Shown here: positions 19,315 through 27,649 of the stretch, one piece after another
How positions within the stretch are numbered: position 1 is the first letter of the stretch
How the letters are laid out: the number at the start of each line of letters is the position of its first letter
Notes under the pieces: model-generated
What the model was told of the DNA's origin: nothing
The model's database searches: none
The model's input: only the letters and a program-made list of their open reading frames with translations
Program-made: the position numbers and the translations under genes
From: a virus
Strand: one strand, 5' to 3'
Virus record (IMG/VR): IMGVR_UViG_3300032401_000002
Span: 86,168-150,167 of that record
DNA: 64,000 nucleotides

Positions 19315-22300
19315 TTACCAGTTGAATTGGTCGTCTGTGCCGTCAACTACGTAGTGCGTGCCGTCAAGGTCTAGGCGATCAAGGTTTCTCGCTTCGCCGC
19401 CATCTTCATCGATGAATGCCCTCTGCTCGCGTGGATCGTAGTCCTTACCGGCCAATTTCGCCATTAAACCCGGATCTACGTCCACACCACCCGTAGAAGT
19501 ACCCTCCAGAAGCCATGTACGGTCTTCTGGGGCGTCTCCAGCGTATGCCCCAGTGAATGTGTCAAGTGAGACCATTTCGTCCTCAGAATCGCTTACAGCG
19601 CTGTTCTTGGAGTCGAGGTCGGAAATGTCATCCTGCTGGGGTGCTCCATCCATGCCGGGACGCGGGGGAGCTTCCTGATCCTGGAATCCATCTCCACTGT
19701 CCGTGATCTGGTCAGCGGGGGCTGCCGACGTGAATGTGGTACCATCTGTGTCTACCTGCTGCTTCGTAAGCTCGTGTCGGTAGGAGACGCCATCACCAGA
19801 GTCCACCGTGTAGGTGATCTTGTCTGGGAGAACTCTCTCGACTACGATCCGATCTGGGATCGCGAACGCGCCCGTCTTCATCTCGTACTCCTGACCTTCT
19901 TCGATCTGAGCGCCCTGATCATCTACCCAAGACTGTCCCTTGTCGGGATGATGAAGCTGATGGGGCTGCTGGGCTGCACCAACGCCACCCTCCTGCACTC
20001 TCTCTTCGCCTGCGGCGTAGAATGCGAACTCAGCATCAGTGGCTCCTCGATGGGCGAACATCTCGTCGTAGCTCGGCTGTCCGCGCTCATAGGCTTCATT
20101 GATCTCGTCTGATTCTGCGTACGGATTGAAAGCCTGTGCCTGATCATCCTGACCAAAGGAGATGCCGCACTGTCGGCACTGGTTCTGACCAGGGCCTGTT
20201 TCTACACCAGGGCCACCGCAAGCCGGGCAAATCGAGCCAGGCATGTCGGTGTCGTTATGAAAGTCAGATTCTGCAATCCAGTTGCCAACCTTGGTGACAA
20301 CCTTGGTGGGCTGAATCGCTGGGCCAATTGGCCCGGAAGCTGTGCCGGGGGCAACCTGATTCCCCTGCTGCGCAAGCTGCTGCTGCATGCTCGCATCAGG
20401 GCACGGGGTGCCAGCAATGTGGGACTGGCCACACATCGGGCAAGTCGGATTCTGTCCTACAGGTACGCCTGCCGCCTGGCCTGCGCCCGGCTGCGCGAAC
20501 TGCATCGGCGCGACACCAGCCATGCCAGCTTCCTTGATGCTTTCTCGCGAGGCGTCACATTCATCGCAGTGGCAATCTGACTCGTGCTCGGTAACGTCGT
20601 CATCGTCGTCATCGCTCGCTAGGTAGTCCCAGAGCGAAGCCTCCTTGGGCTTCTTCTCGTTGGCCTTCGGCTCGTCATCCGATGCTTCATCCGAGTCGTC
20701 TGAGTCATCCGACCCCTCATCCGAGATAGCCTCTTCTAGTGGCGATGTACCATCTTCCTGATCAAGACCATCCTTGTATCCGGGGAAGGCTTCTTCAAGG
20801 AGTGAATCTAGAGCTACCAAGATCGGGTTGTTAGTGCCCGGCTCGTCTGAGTCAGCAAACTCCATCACGAGCGGGAGGTTCAGGTGGAAAGCCTTCATGG
20901 CCTTGTCCTGCATCTCAGGATCGCCGTGACTGTTGATATCCTTGTCGGGGCCGTCAGGCGACTTGCCACCGCCTGTACCGTCAACATCCTTCAACTGCTC
21001 GGGGCCGTCACCCTGCTCCTTCTTGCCGCCGATGCCGCTGTCTGAAGCCTCATCTGTGGAGTTGGTACCGTCGTTCTTGGTTGCCCAACCATCTTCTTCT
21101 TCGCCGAAAGTGTCGGCCGTCTTGGAGACGAGTCCGATCTGCGAGGTATCGGTAGGATCTAGCGGGGCTGCACCGGGTGCGCCACCGCCTCCACCTTGAC
21201 CACCAGGGGATACAATGTTCCTACCTACACCCTGGACAGCACCCTGACCTAGCGCGCGGGTCATCATTCCACCTACGCCCGCCATGCCGCCAGCTTCTGC
21301 ACCGGCTGCCGCTGCGCCGCCGCCAATGCCCAACGCCTCACCGACACCCATCAGGGCAGGGATAGCGAGAGGGGCTGCTGTGACTTGCTGTGTGTGACCG
21401 CACGTATGACATACAGACGTGGATGCCTGCCTAATCATCGGGGAGTAACACTCGGGACAACTATCGAGGGGCGCTGCGTTGGCCTTGTGCCAAGCTAGCT
21501 CTTCATCGATGTGTGCGAAATACTCGGGCTTCAAGTTGATGTGTCCTCCACGTTGATGTTGGTACTGCATGATCTGATTCCAGGCATCGCGCTTCTGCCC
21601 TGGAGACCAATCCGCTGTAGCACCAGGCATCACAGTGATAGTATGGGAGTTCGGTTCAATCTTTAGGTAGTTGCCTGTCTCGACTTTGTTGTACTCGCCC
21701 TTGATGTCGAGGATCACAGGAATGCCCTCGGTGGTCGCCAGAACGGCCGCATGTGAGGTCATACCACCCGTTGCGGTGATGATTGCGCGCACACCTTTCT
21801 GCCATAGCATGAAGTCTTCAGGCTGAAGATGTTCGGCCACCAAGATAGCGTTCGGGGTGATCTCACCGTTCGAGCGTTCCTTGACCCAGGCGACTCCGGT
21901 GATGACTTCACCTTGCTGTTGGGGAGAGATGATCCACGTTCCTCCATGAATCTCGACGGGCTGGAATACCTGGCCCTTGCCCTGCGAGGGCGCTCCACCA
22001 ATCGGGCCATGAAGAGTGATGTTGGCACCAAAGGCTTGTTCGATCTGCTGCTGCGCTGACTCTTGGTTGAACTGTGTTCCGGGGAACACCCTCTGCACGT
22101 CGGCCGTGCCATCGTTGTAGACTGACCCAAGAGCGGCACAATCTTGCGGGTACCGAAGTCCGTTGCGCTCCGCTAGCTTCTCATGCACTGCATGAACACC
22201 ATGCTCAAAGTGCATCTGACCTTGCTTGTCGATAATCCACTTACCGATCTCGACCTTCATGTTCGCATCGCCTGAGAACATAGCGTCCCAGTCTTCTGCG

Positions 22301-22803
22301 GTGACCGTGCGGCTCGCAATCTTCTGGGCCATCTTCCAGGTCGCCAAGTTCATGGACGGATACGAGTCATCTGTCTTCATGCGGTTGCGCTTCGGCTCGC
22401 GCTCGGGCATGCCGTCTAGGTGATGCTCCTGCGGTGCCGGGTCGTTGTAGACGAACTCGTCGTCTTTCTTGTTCCACTCAGGAGTCAGGTCTTTGCCGCA
22501 TGTGGGGCATGCCCGCAAATCCGTGCTTTCTTGGCACAATGGGCAGTTGACAACTGTATTGCCCGTGAATCCGTGCATTGCAGCCATGTGCCCTTCAAGC
22601 TCGGGAACGCCAGCTAGCTCGGAGTGTTCTAGCTGATTCTGGTTGAACAAGTCGTTGTCACCACCAGTCGAGTGACCACGGTCAGGCCCAAGCCCGTTGT
22701 CGGGAGCTTTGATGTAGGTCTTCGACTCGGGTTCCCAGATCCAGACTGTGCCGGGATCTGTAGGATCGCTGAAGCTAGGCATGGGTAGATCGGGCATGGT
22801 CAC
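19315..22803 (-). CDS. Large multidomain virion protein (Zn ribbons, PEP-utiliser His domain, conserved C-terminal REQ..IDE...ARNLDRLDLDGTHY)
   Basis: GGMTSHAAV motif; several CxxC pairs; KxA-delimited segments. Confidence 0.7.
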   Translation of the reverse strand: MTMPDLPMPSFSDPTDPGTVWIWEPESKTYIKAPDNGLGPDRGHSTGGDNDLFNQNQLEHSELAGVPELEGHMAAMHGFTGNTVVNCPLCQESTDLRACPTCGKDLTPEWNKKDDEFVYNDPAPQEHHLDGMPEREPKRNRMKTDDSYPSMNLATWKMAQKIASRTVTAEDWDAMFSGDANMKVEIGKWIIDKQGQMHFEHGVHAVHEKLAERNGLRYPQDCAALGSVYNDGTADVQRVFPGTQFNQESAQQQIEQAFGANITLHGPIGGAPSQGKGQVFQPVEIHGGTWIISPQQQGEVITGVAWVKERSNGEITPNAILVAEHLQPEDFMLWQKGVRAIITATGGMTSHAAVLATTEGIPVILDIKGEYNKVETGNYLKIEPNSHTITVMPGATADWSPGQKRDAWNQIMQYQHQRGGHINLKPEYFAHIDEELAWHKANAAPLDSCPECYSPMIRQASTSVCHTCGHTQQVTAAPLAIPALMGVGEALGIGGGAAAAGAEAGGMAGVGGMMTRALGQGAVQGVGRNIVSPGGQGGGGGAPGAAPLDPTDTSQIGLVSKTADTFGEEEDGWATKNDGTNSTDEASDSGIGGKKEQGDGPEQLKDVDGTGGGKSPDGPDKDINSHGDPEMQDKAMKAFHLNLPLVMEFADSDEPGTNNPILVALDSLLEEAFPGYKDGLDQEDGTSPLEEAISDEGSDDSDDSDEASDDEPKANEKKPKEASLWDYLASDDDDDDVTEHESDCHCDECDASRESIKEAGMAGVAPMQFAQPGAGQAAGVPVGQNPTCPMCGQSHIAGTPCPDASMQQQLAQQGNQVAPGTASGPIGPAIQPTKVVTKVGNWIAESDFHNDTDMPGSICPACGGPGVETGPGQNQCRQCGISFGQDDQAQAFNPYAESDEINEAYERGQPSYDEMFAHRGATDAEFAFYAAGEERVQEGGVGAAQQPHQLHHPDKGQSWVDDQGAQIEEGQEYEMKTGAFAIPDRIVVERVLPDKITYTVDSGDGVSYRHELTKQQVDTDGTTFTSAAPADQITDSGDGFQDQEAPPRPGMDGAPQQDDISDLDSKNSAVSDSEDEMVSLDTFTGAYAGDAPEDRTWLLEGTSTGGVDVDPGLMAKLAGKDYDPREQRAFIDEDGGEARNLDRLDLDGTHYVVDGTDDQFNW

Positions 22804-22826
22804 CCTTTAGGGCCTAGCTATGAGAG

Positions 22827-23066
22827 CTAAGGAAGTGGCTCGTCCGGGATGAGCGCAGTGAGTCTATCGATCTCAGTCTCAAGCTCGCTGATCGCCATGG
22901 CGAAGTTGTCTCGCCTCGTAGCGCTTGCCAGTTTCACATCTTCCATCTCCAGGAGCGCCGCCATGCGGTACTCTAGATCTTGCAGATAGTGATCCGCCTC
23001 GATGTTGAGGAGCCTGTCTCTGGCGATGCCTAGCTGCTGCTGCGGTGTCAGAACGTTGTATCTCAT
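22827..23066 (-). CDS. Small helical protein (possible fibre chaperone)
   Basis: Follows a fibre gene; preceded by a late motif. Confidence 0.5.
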   Translation of the reverse strand: MRYNVLTPQQQLGIARDRLLNIEADHYLQDLEYRMAALLEMEDVKLASATRRDNFAMAISELETEIDRLTALIPDEPLP

Positions 23067-23090
23067 GACTACCTTATCGGACAGACCGAC

Positions 23091-24326
23091 TTAGATCTTG
23101 ATGAGGTAGTTCAAGACGATGTATGCGCCAGCTTCGGACACGCCCGACGTAGATCCAATGTTCCCGGATACACCATGGGTGTGGGTGCCGTCTGCTCCAC
23201 CGATGCTTCCGCTGAACTCACCGCTGGGGTGGGTGTGGCTTGCGGCATTGATGCTGATTCCAACACCATGGGAGTGAGCACCAGCGCCACCAGTGCCGCC
23301 ACCGCCGCCGTTGATCGATCCATTCGTCCATGCGGTTGCGCTACCCGCGAACGAGAACCCAGGAACCAGATTGACGCCGGTCGGAATACCACCGTAAGAG
23401 TGAGCATGGTCGCCAACGCCGTCTGTGCTGCCGCTGCCTGTGTGGCTGTGCGATCCACCAGAGATTGCGAGCGTGTGCGCGTGGCCGTGCGCTCCCGCTG
23501 TAGCTACTAGCAGCGTACCAACACCATGGTAGTGCTTGAAGGTGCGGGAACCAACGGCAAGTCCTTCATTCAGGTTCAAGGTCAAGACATCAGCGTTAGT
23601 GCCCTTGCCGACAACTGTTCGCCCGCGAAGGTCAGGCACGTTGAATGTCGTTGAACCATCGCCTACACCATAAGTGGTTCCGATGAGGGCGAACAGGGTC
23701 GCGTACGTTGCGCGTGATACGGCAGTACCGTCGCAGAGCAGCCAACCTGTCGGCGCGCTCGATCCTGCGTACGCAACCACCGAGGCGGGCGGGGTTCCAT
23801 TCGACTGAACGAAAGCCGTCGTTGCGATCTTGGTGCTTGAGTCTCCGTTCGAAGGGGTCGGCGCTGTCGGAACTCCGGTGAACGCGGGAGATGCCAAGCG
23901 CGCCAGTAGAGCTTCGTCTGAAAGGTTAGCTGCGGCTAGAGCGACTCCAGCGATAGACAGGGCTGCTGCGTTGATAGCGCCCGTGCGTGTGATGTAGGCA
24001 AGGATCGATCCCGAAGCGCTCTGCGCTTCAAGGAGATTCGCGATGTCAAGGTTGCTGCTCTGCTTGACGATGATCGGCGTAACGTCCGCCGTACCCTGGA
24101 AGATCTGGTTGGCGCTGGGAGTTAGCGTCGGAGCGGAAGCCAATCGAGCAACAACGGTGGAGAATGTGCCACTAGGGTTGACCCCAAGCTCGGTCTCAAT
24201 CGCCAAGATGGCGTCAGCGACGTTGTTGTGCTGGGGCGCGTGGACTCCTGCCGTAACCGTCGCGTCAATCGCGTTGTTCTTCAGGATCGTTGTGTTGTCG
24301 AGCGCTCCGGGGTAATTGGTCGTCAT
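23091..24326 (-). CDS. Tail fibre protein with tail-collar domain and HxH repeats
   Basis: AILAIETELG, SPAFTGVPTAPT, APTGWLLCDG..VSRATYATLFA.IGTTYG.GDGSTTFNVPDLRGR, HxH metal motifs. Confidence 0.85.
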   Translation of the reverse strand: MTTNYPGALDNTTILKNNAIDATVTAGVHAPQHNNVADAILAIETELGVNPSGTFSTVVARLASAPTLTPSANQIFQGTADVTPIIVKQSSNLDIANLLEAQSASGSILAYITRTGAINAAALSIAGVALAAANLSDEALLARLASPAFTGVPTAPTPSNGDSSTKIATTAFVQSNGTPPASVVAYAGSSAPTGWLLCDGTAVSRATYATLFALIGTTYGVGDGSTTFNVPDLRGRTVVGKGTNADVLTLNLNEGLAVGSRTFKHYHGVGTLLVATAGAHGHAHTLAISGGSHSHTGSGSTDGVGDHAHSYGGIPTGVNLVPGFSFAGSATAWTNGSINGGGGGTGGAGAHSHGVGISINAASHTHPSGEFSGSIGGADGTHTHGVSGNIGSTSGVSEAGAYIVLNYLIKI

Positions 24327-24361
24327 CTCATCCCTTACGTGTTCGTCTCGCTACAAAGGAA

Positions 24362-24390
24362 AGGGACGACCCTCGTTGAGAGCCGTCCCT
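24362..24390 (-). terminator. Rho-independent terminator
   Basis: AGGGACG...CGTCCCT stem followed by a T-rich tract on the minus strand. Confidence 0.7.
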
Positions 24391-24414
24391 AGTCGAGCGC
24401 CTGCGAATTGCTGC

Positions 24415-24888
24415 TTAGGTCTGCTGGTACGTCGGCGTAACGCGCTCGGTATCTCCGTTGGAGAATGTACGAGTCGCTGCTGTATCTGCGCCGAAGAGAC
24501 AGTTGTCCTGGTTGATCGTGGTCGAGCCAGCGACGAACCAGAGAGTCGCACCGTTGGGGCTAGGTGCTCCCGTGAAGGTGAAGGACTTCTGTGCAGTCGT
24601 TGACTGATAGCTCGAACCAGGCTTCGTTGCAGCGGGCCATCCGCCGCCAGTCTGGTCACGAGAAATGGTCGCGCGTGCGTAACCATTCGCTGTTGCGGTA
24701 CCGACTTCAAGGATCTGGGCCATGACATCAGCCTTGGTCGATCCTACTCCTGCGGCACGAGTACCGAGACCTAGGCCCCAGTTGGCTCCTGCTGTCGGCA
24801 CGATGACGGGGGTGCCATAGTTGGTCTGACCGCCGAGCCAGCCGTCAATACAACTTTGTTCCCCTTTATTCCAAACGATGCTTGCCAT
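24415..24888 (-). CDS. Small virion structural protein (fibre/whisker subunit-like)
   Basis: NGYARATI...W...SFTFT...W...T...GDT.RVT pattern of small phage structural proteins. Confidence 0.6.
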   Translation of the reverse strand: MASIVWNKGEQSCIDGWLGGQTNYGTPVIVPTAGANWGLGLGTRAAGVGSTKADVMAQILEVGTATANGYARATISRDQTGGGWPAATKPGSSYQSTTAQKSFTFTGAPSPNGATLWFVAGSTTINQDNCLFGADTAATRTFSNGDTERVTPTYQQT

Positions 24889-24963
24889 GTGCGTTAAGTT
24901 ACTTTCCTGTTGGAGGATTGAAGGTCGATAACCTCACACCTTAGGTGGAGGTCGTTCGACGTT

Positions 24964-25305
24964 TTAAGGGGTCGCCTGCGGGAGCAAGTCAGCGATATCG
25001 ATGAGGTCGATGTGCTCCTCGCCGTCCAAGAACGACTGCTCGTTGTTGTAGCGCGCAGCCTCATAGATCCGGTACGGAGGGATGCCACTCGGGCCTCCAG
25101 CTTCACCAGCAATGTACCTGCGTGTGTGCTCTTCCACGAAGCTACGAACGGCCTCGTCGGTGGGGTTAGCCCGAATGATCAGCGGCATACCCACGCTCGT
25201 GATCAACGCGACGACGCTGTCGTCGGGAATAGCCTTCTTGGTTGCTGCCTTGGGTACTGGCTTCTTCCTCGGCCCCGATGCTGTGGTCTTCTTAGCTACT
25301 GCCAT
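24964..25305 (-). CDS. Hypothetical protein with basic N-terminus
   Basis: ORF with SD, coupled to the upstream gene. Confidence 0.55.
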   Translation of the reverse strand: MAVAKKTTASGPRKKPVPKAATKKAIPDDSVVALITSVGMPLIIRANPTDEAVRSFVEEHTRRYIAGEAGGPSGIPPYRIYEAARYNNEQSFLDGEEHIDLIDIADLLPQATP

Positions 25306-25792
25306 GAATGAACTCCTCTACGATCTTGGGCATCTCTTGCTTCGGGTCGATAGTCAAGATGTGGTCGCCCTGCTTGGTGCCGTCCGTGAAGCTCACGAAC
25401 CAGCGAGTTGGTCTTACGCCCCAATACATCTCGGGGCGGTTGAAGTACACAGCTTCGGCTAGCTCAGCCGGGCCGGTACCGATACAGAAGTTGCAGAATC
25501 CAGGCACCGGGCCGTTGTAGTCTGCACTGGAGATTGCCGCATGCTGCACAGCCTCTGCCTTGTCTCCCTTGAAGTCGTACCCTACCTCGCGAACCCAGAC
25601 GTACGCTGGACGTTCTTCGCACTTCCAGCACACAGGCTCTCGTGATTCCGCCTTCTGCGTGAGGAAGATATTCTTCAGGTCGAGCGCTAGCTTCTCAGGC
25701 CCGGTCAAGTGACGCGGCTTTGCAACATCCTTGTCCGCGATCTTGAACATCCCGTTATCAAGTCGAGTCTCTTCTAGGATCTGGCTACTCAT
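25292..25792 (-). CDS. Hypothetical Zn-binding protein
   Basis: CWKC...CNFC; late motif 6 nt upstream. Confidence 0.6.
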   Translation of the reverse strand: MSSQILEETRLDNGMFKIADKDVAKPRHLTGPEKLALDLKNIFLTQKAESREPVCWKCEERPAYVWVREVGYDFKGDKAEAVQHAAISSADYNGPVPGFCNFCIGTGPAELAEAVYFNRPEMYWGVRPTRWFVSFTDGTKQGDHILTIDPKQEMPKIVEEFIHGSS

Positions 25793-25828
25793 ACGCTCTT
25801 TATCGGCACGTTTGACGAAACAATCCAG

Positions 25829-27649
25829 CTAGCTGGAGAGTGACGCCCATTCCGATACCTCTTCCCAGTCTTCGTTTGAATGCTTGCGCCACCAATCCTT
25901 GATTGCTTCTTCCGCGTGTTCGCGAACTTCAGGCTCGGATAGCTGGGTGTGCTTGATCTTGATCTCGGAACCACTCGTGCGTAGCTCGCCCGTGTCGGTC
26001 TTTGTGGTGTCAATGTCCATCATCGCGTTGCCCGTGTCCACGCCGAACTTGTCGAGTAGCTCCTGGAGTATGTCTGTCACCTTGAGATTATGATCCCATT
26101 CCTTGATCACAAGTTCGCTCATGTAGTAGACGAACAAGTAATCAGGATCGCTGTCTTCGTCTGCTGCCGCCTTCAGGTTCTGGGACGGTACGCGCTGTGT
26201 CTTACCGGACTGGTAGTCCTTGACAAGCATGTGCTCGCCATCAGCCCCCAACACGATTCCAAGTCCGCCACCAGGCGTTGTGACTTGCGTCCCCTTGGCG
26301 AAGAGCGGAGCGCCAGTCTCAGTGATCGTCTCTGTGCCGGTAGGCTCGGACAATGCGTGACCGCATGTTCCTGCCATGCACTTCTGCATGCGGCGGGCTG
26401 TCTGCTGGTGAGCCAACTCGATGTTGGCCTTGCCGTGGTCGCCGTAGCCTGTTACGATGTGGTTGTAGCCGTCAGTGTCCGTCCACTGATAGACGGGCTT
26501 GCCGTTTCCGCTGTACCGATTGAAGCCCCATCCAAGCTCTTGGGCCAGTCCGTTCTCTCCGACTGCTCCGACCACAACGCGCGAGACGGGCTTGAGCGTG
26601 CGCTCGGGATCTTCGCCACATGAGGGACACTCGATGCGACCCTTGTGCTCGGCCTCGCGCTGGTACGTCACACCGCAGTGGTGACATCGCTTGATCGTGT
26701 GCTTGTGCTTGCCCTTCTTATCAACGATCTTCAACTCATGCACGTCCTCCTTGAAGGTGAACTTGCCCTCGTCATCTCTCTTGTGCTCGTCTTCCTCGAA
26801 CGCGGTCTTGGAGATAGCAGGCCCGAAGACATCATCGATGTCAGACCAATCATCGCCGCCAATCGCTTGGTCGGGGAGGTTAGCATTCTCGACGGCCAGA
26901 GCTTGTGACTGCGGGTCGGGAGTCTTGAAGGGGTTGAGATGACTGAAGTCATACGTACCTACCGTGATCATCTGCTTGTTGCCGATCCATGTGTCCGTTA
27001 GCCCCTCACGGAAGAAGACATACGCCTTGTCGGTGAAGAAGTTGAGGCGGACTCCGATCAGGGCGGGCTTCAGTCCATTCGCCATGCAGTAAGCGATCTT
27101 GGCCGCACGCTCGTCCTTGCCACCGATCTTGAATCGCTCCTGGGCTTGCGAGTGGTTCGTCTTGATCTCGACCCCGAAGTTGCCGCGCTCGCTGCGAATG
27201 ATGGCGTCAATCGGGAAGGTGTTCTGATTCGAAGCTGGCTCAACTGCACCAATACCTGGAAGCTCTCCGAGACCCAGGACAACCTGCTCGCCGATGTCCC
27301 CCATCTGCGAAAGCGTTAGACCAGATCGCGTACGCCCACCAGGATTCAGCACGGGCTTGCCGCTGCCGTCCGGGTCTTGAATGTGACTCTTGGAATCGTC
27401 CAGGTAGTTGTCCGTGTAGCCGCAATGAGGACAAGTGAACTCGCCACCGTTCTGCTCGATCTCCTGCATTTCACTTTGTGCAAAGTGATAACCGCACTTG
27501 GGGTTAGTGCAGTGAGCAGACGGATCTACATGATGCTGTTCGTTCGGGCCTGTCAGTTCAGCTACCGCGTCATCGACGTACTTGGGTCGTGCGACGGGCA
27601 TAGCAACGGCCTGCCAGTTTCCGATCTTCTCCCAGTCAAAGACAGTCAT
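25829..27649 (-). CDS. Multidomain protein: Zn ribbon + PD-(D/E)XK nuclease-like + Zn ribbon + SH3/KOW
   Basis: GDIGE...FPIDAII...GVEIKT; FEEDEHKRDDEGKF motif; FAKGTQV..PGGGLGIV. Confidence 0.7.
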   Translation of the reverse strand: MTVFDWEKIGNWQAVAMPVARPKYVDDAVAELTGPNEQHHVDPSAHCTNPKCGYHFAQSEMQEIEQNGGEFTCPHCGYTDNYLDDSKSHIQDPDGSGKPVLNPGGRTRSGLTLSQMGDIGEQVVLGLGELPGIGAVEPASNQNTFPIDAIIRSERGNFGVEIKTNHSQAQERFKIGGKDERAAKIAYCMANGLKPALIGVRLNFFTDKAYVFFREGLTDTWIGNKQMITVGTYDFSHLNPFKTPDPQSQALAVENANLPDQAIGGDDWSDIDDVFGPAISKTAFEEDEHKRDDEGKFTFKEDVHELKIVDKKGKHKHTIKRCHHCGVTYQREAEHKGRIECPSCGEDPERTLKPVSRVVVGAVGENGLAQELGWGFNRYSGNGKPVYQWTDTDGYNHIVTGYGDHGKANIELAHQQTARRMQKCMAGTCGHALSEPTGTETITETGAPLFAKGTQVTTPGGGLGIVLGADGEHMLVKDYQSGKTQRVPSQNLKAAADEDSDPDYLFVYYMSELVIKEWDHNLKVTDILQELLDKFGVDTGNAMMDIDTTKTDTGELRTSGSEIKIKHTQLSEPEVREHAEEAIKDWWRKHSNEDWEEVSEWASLSS

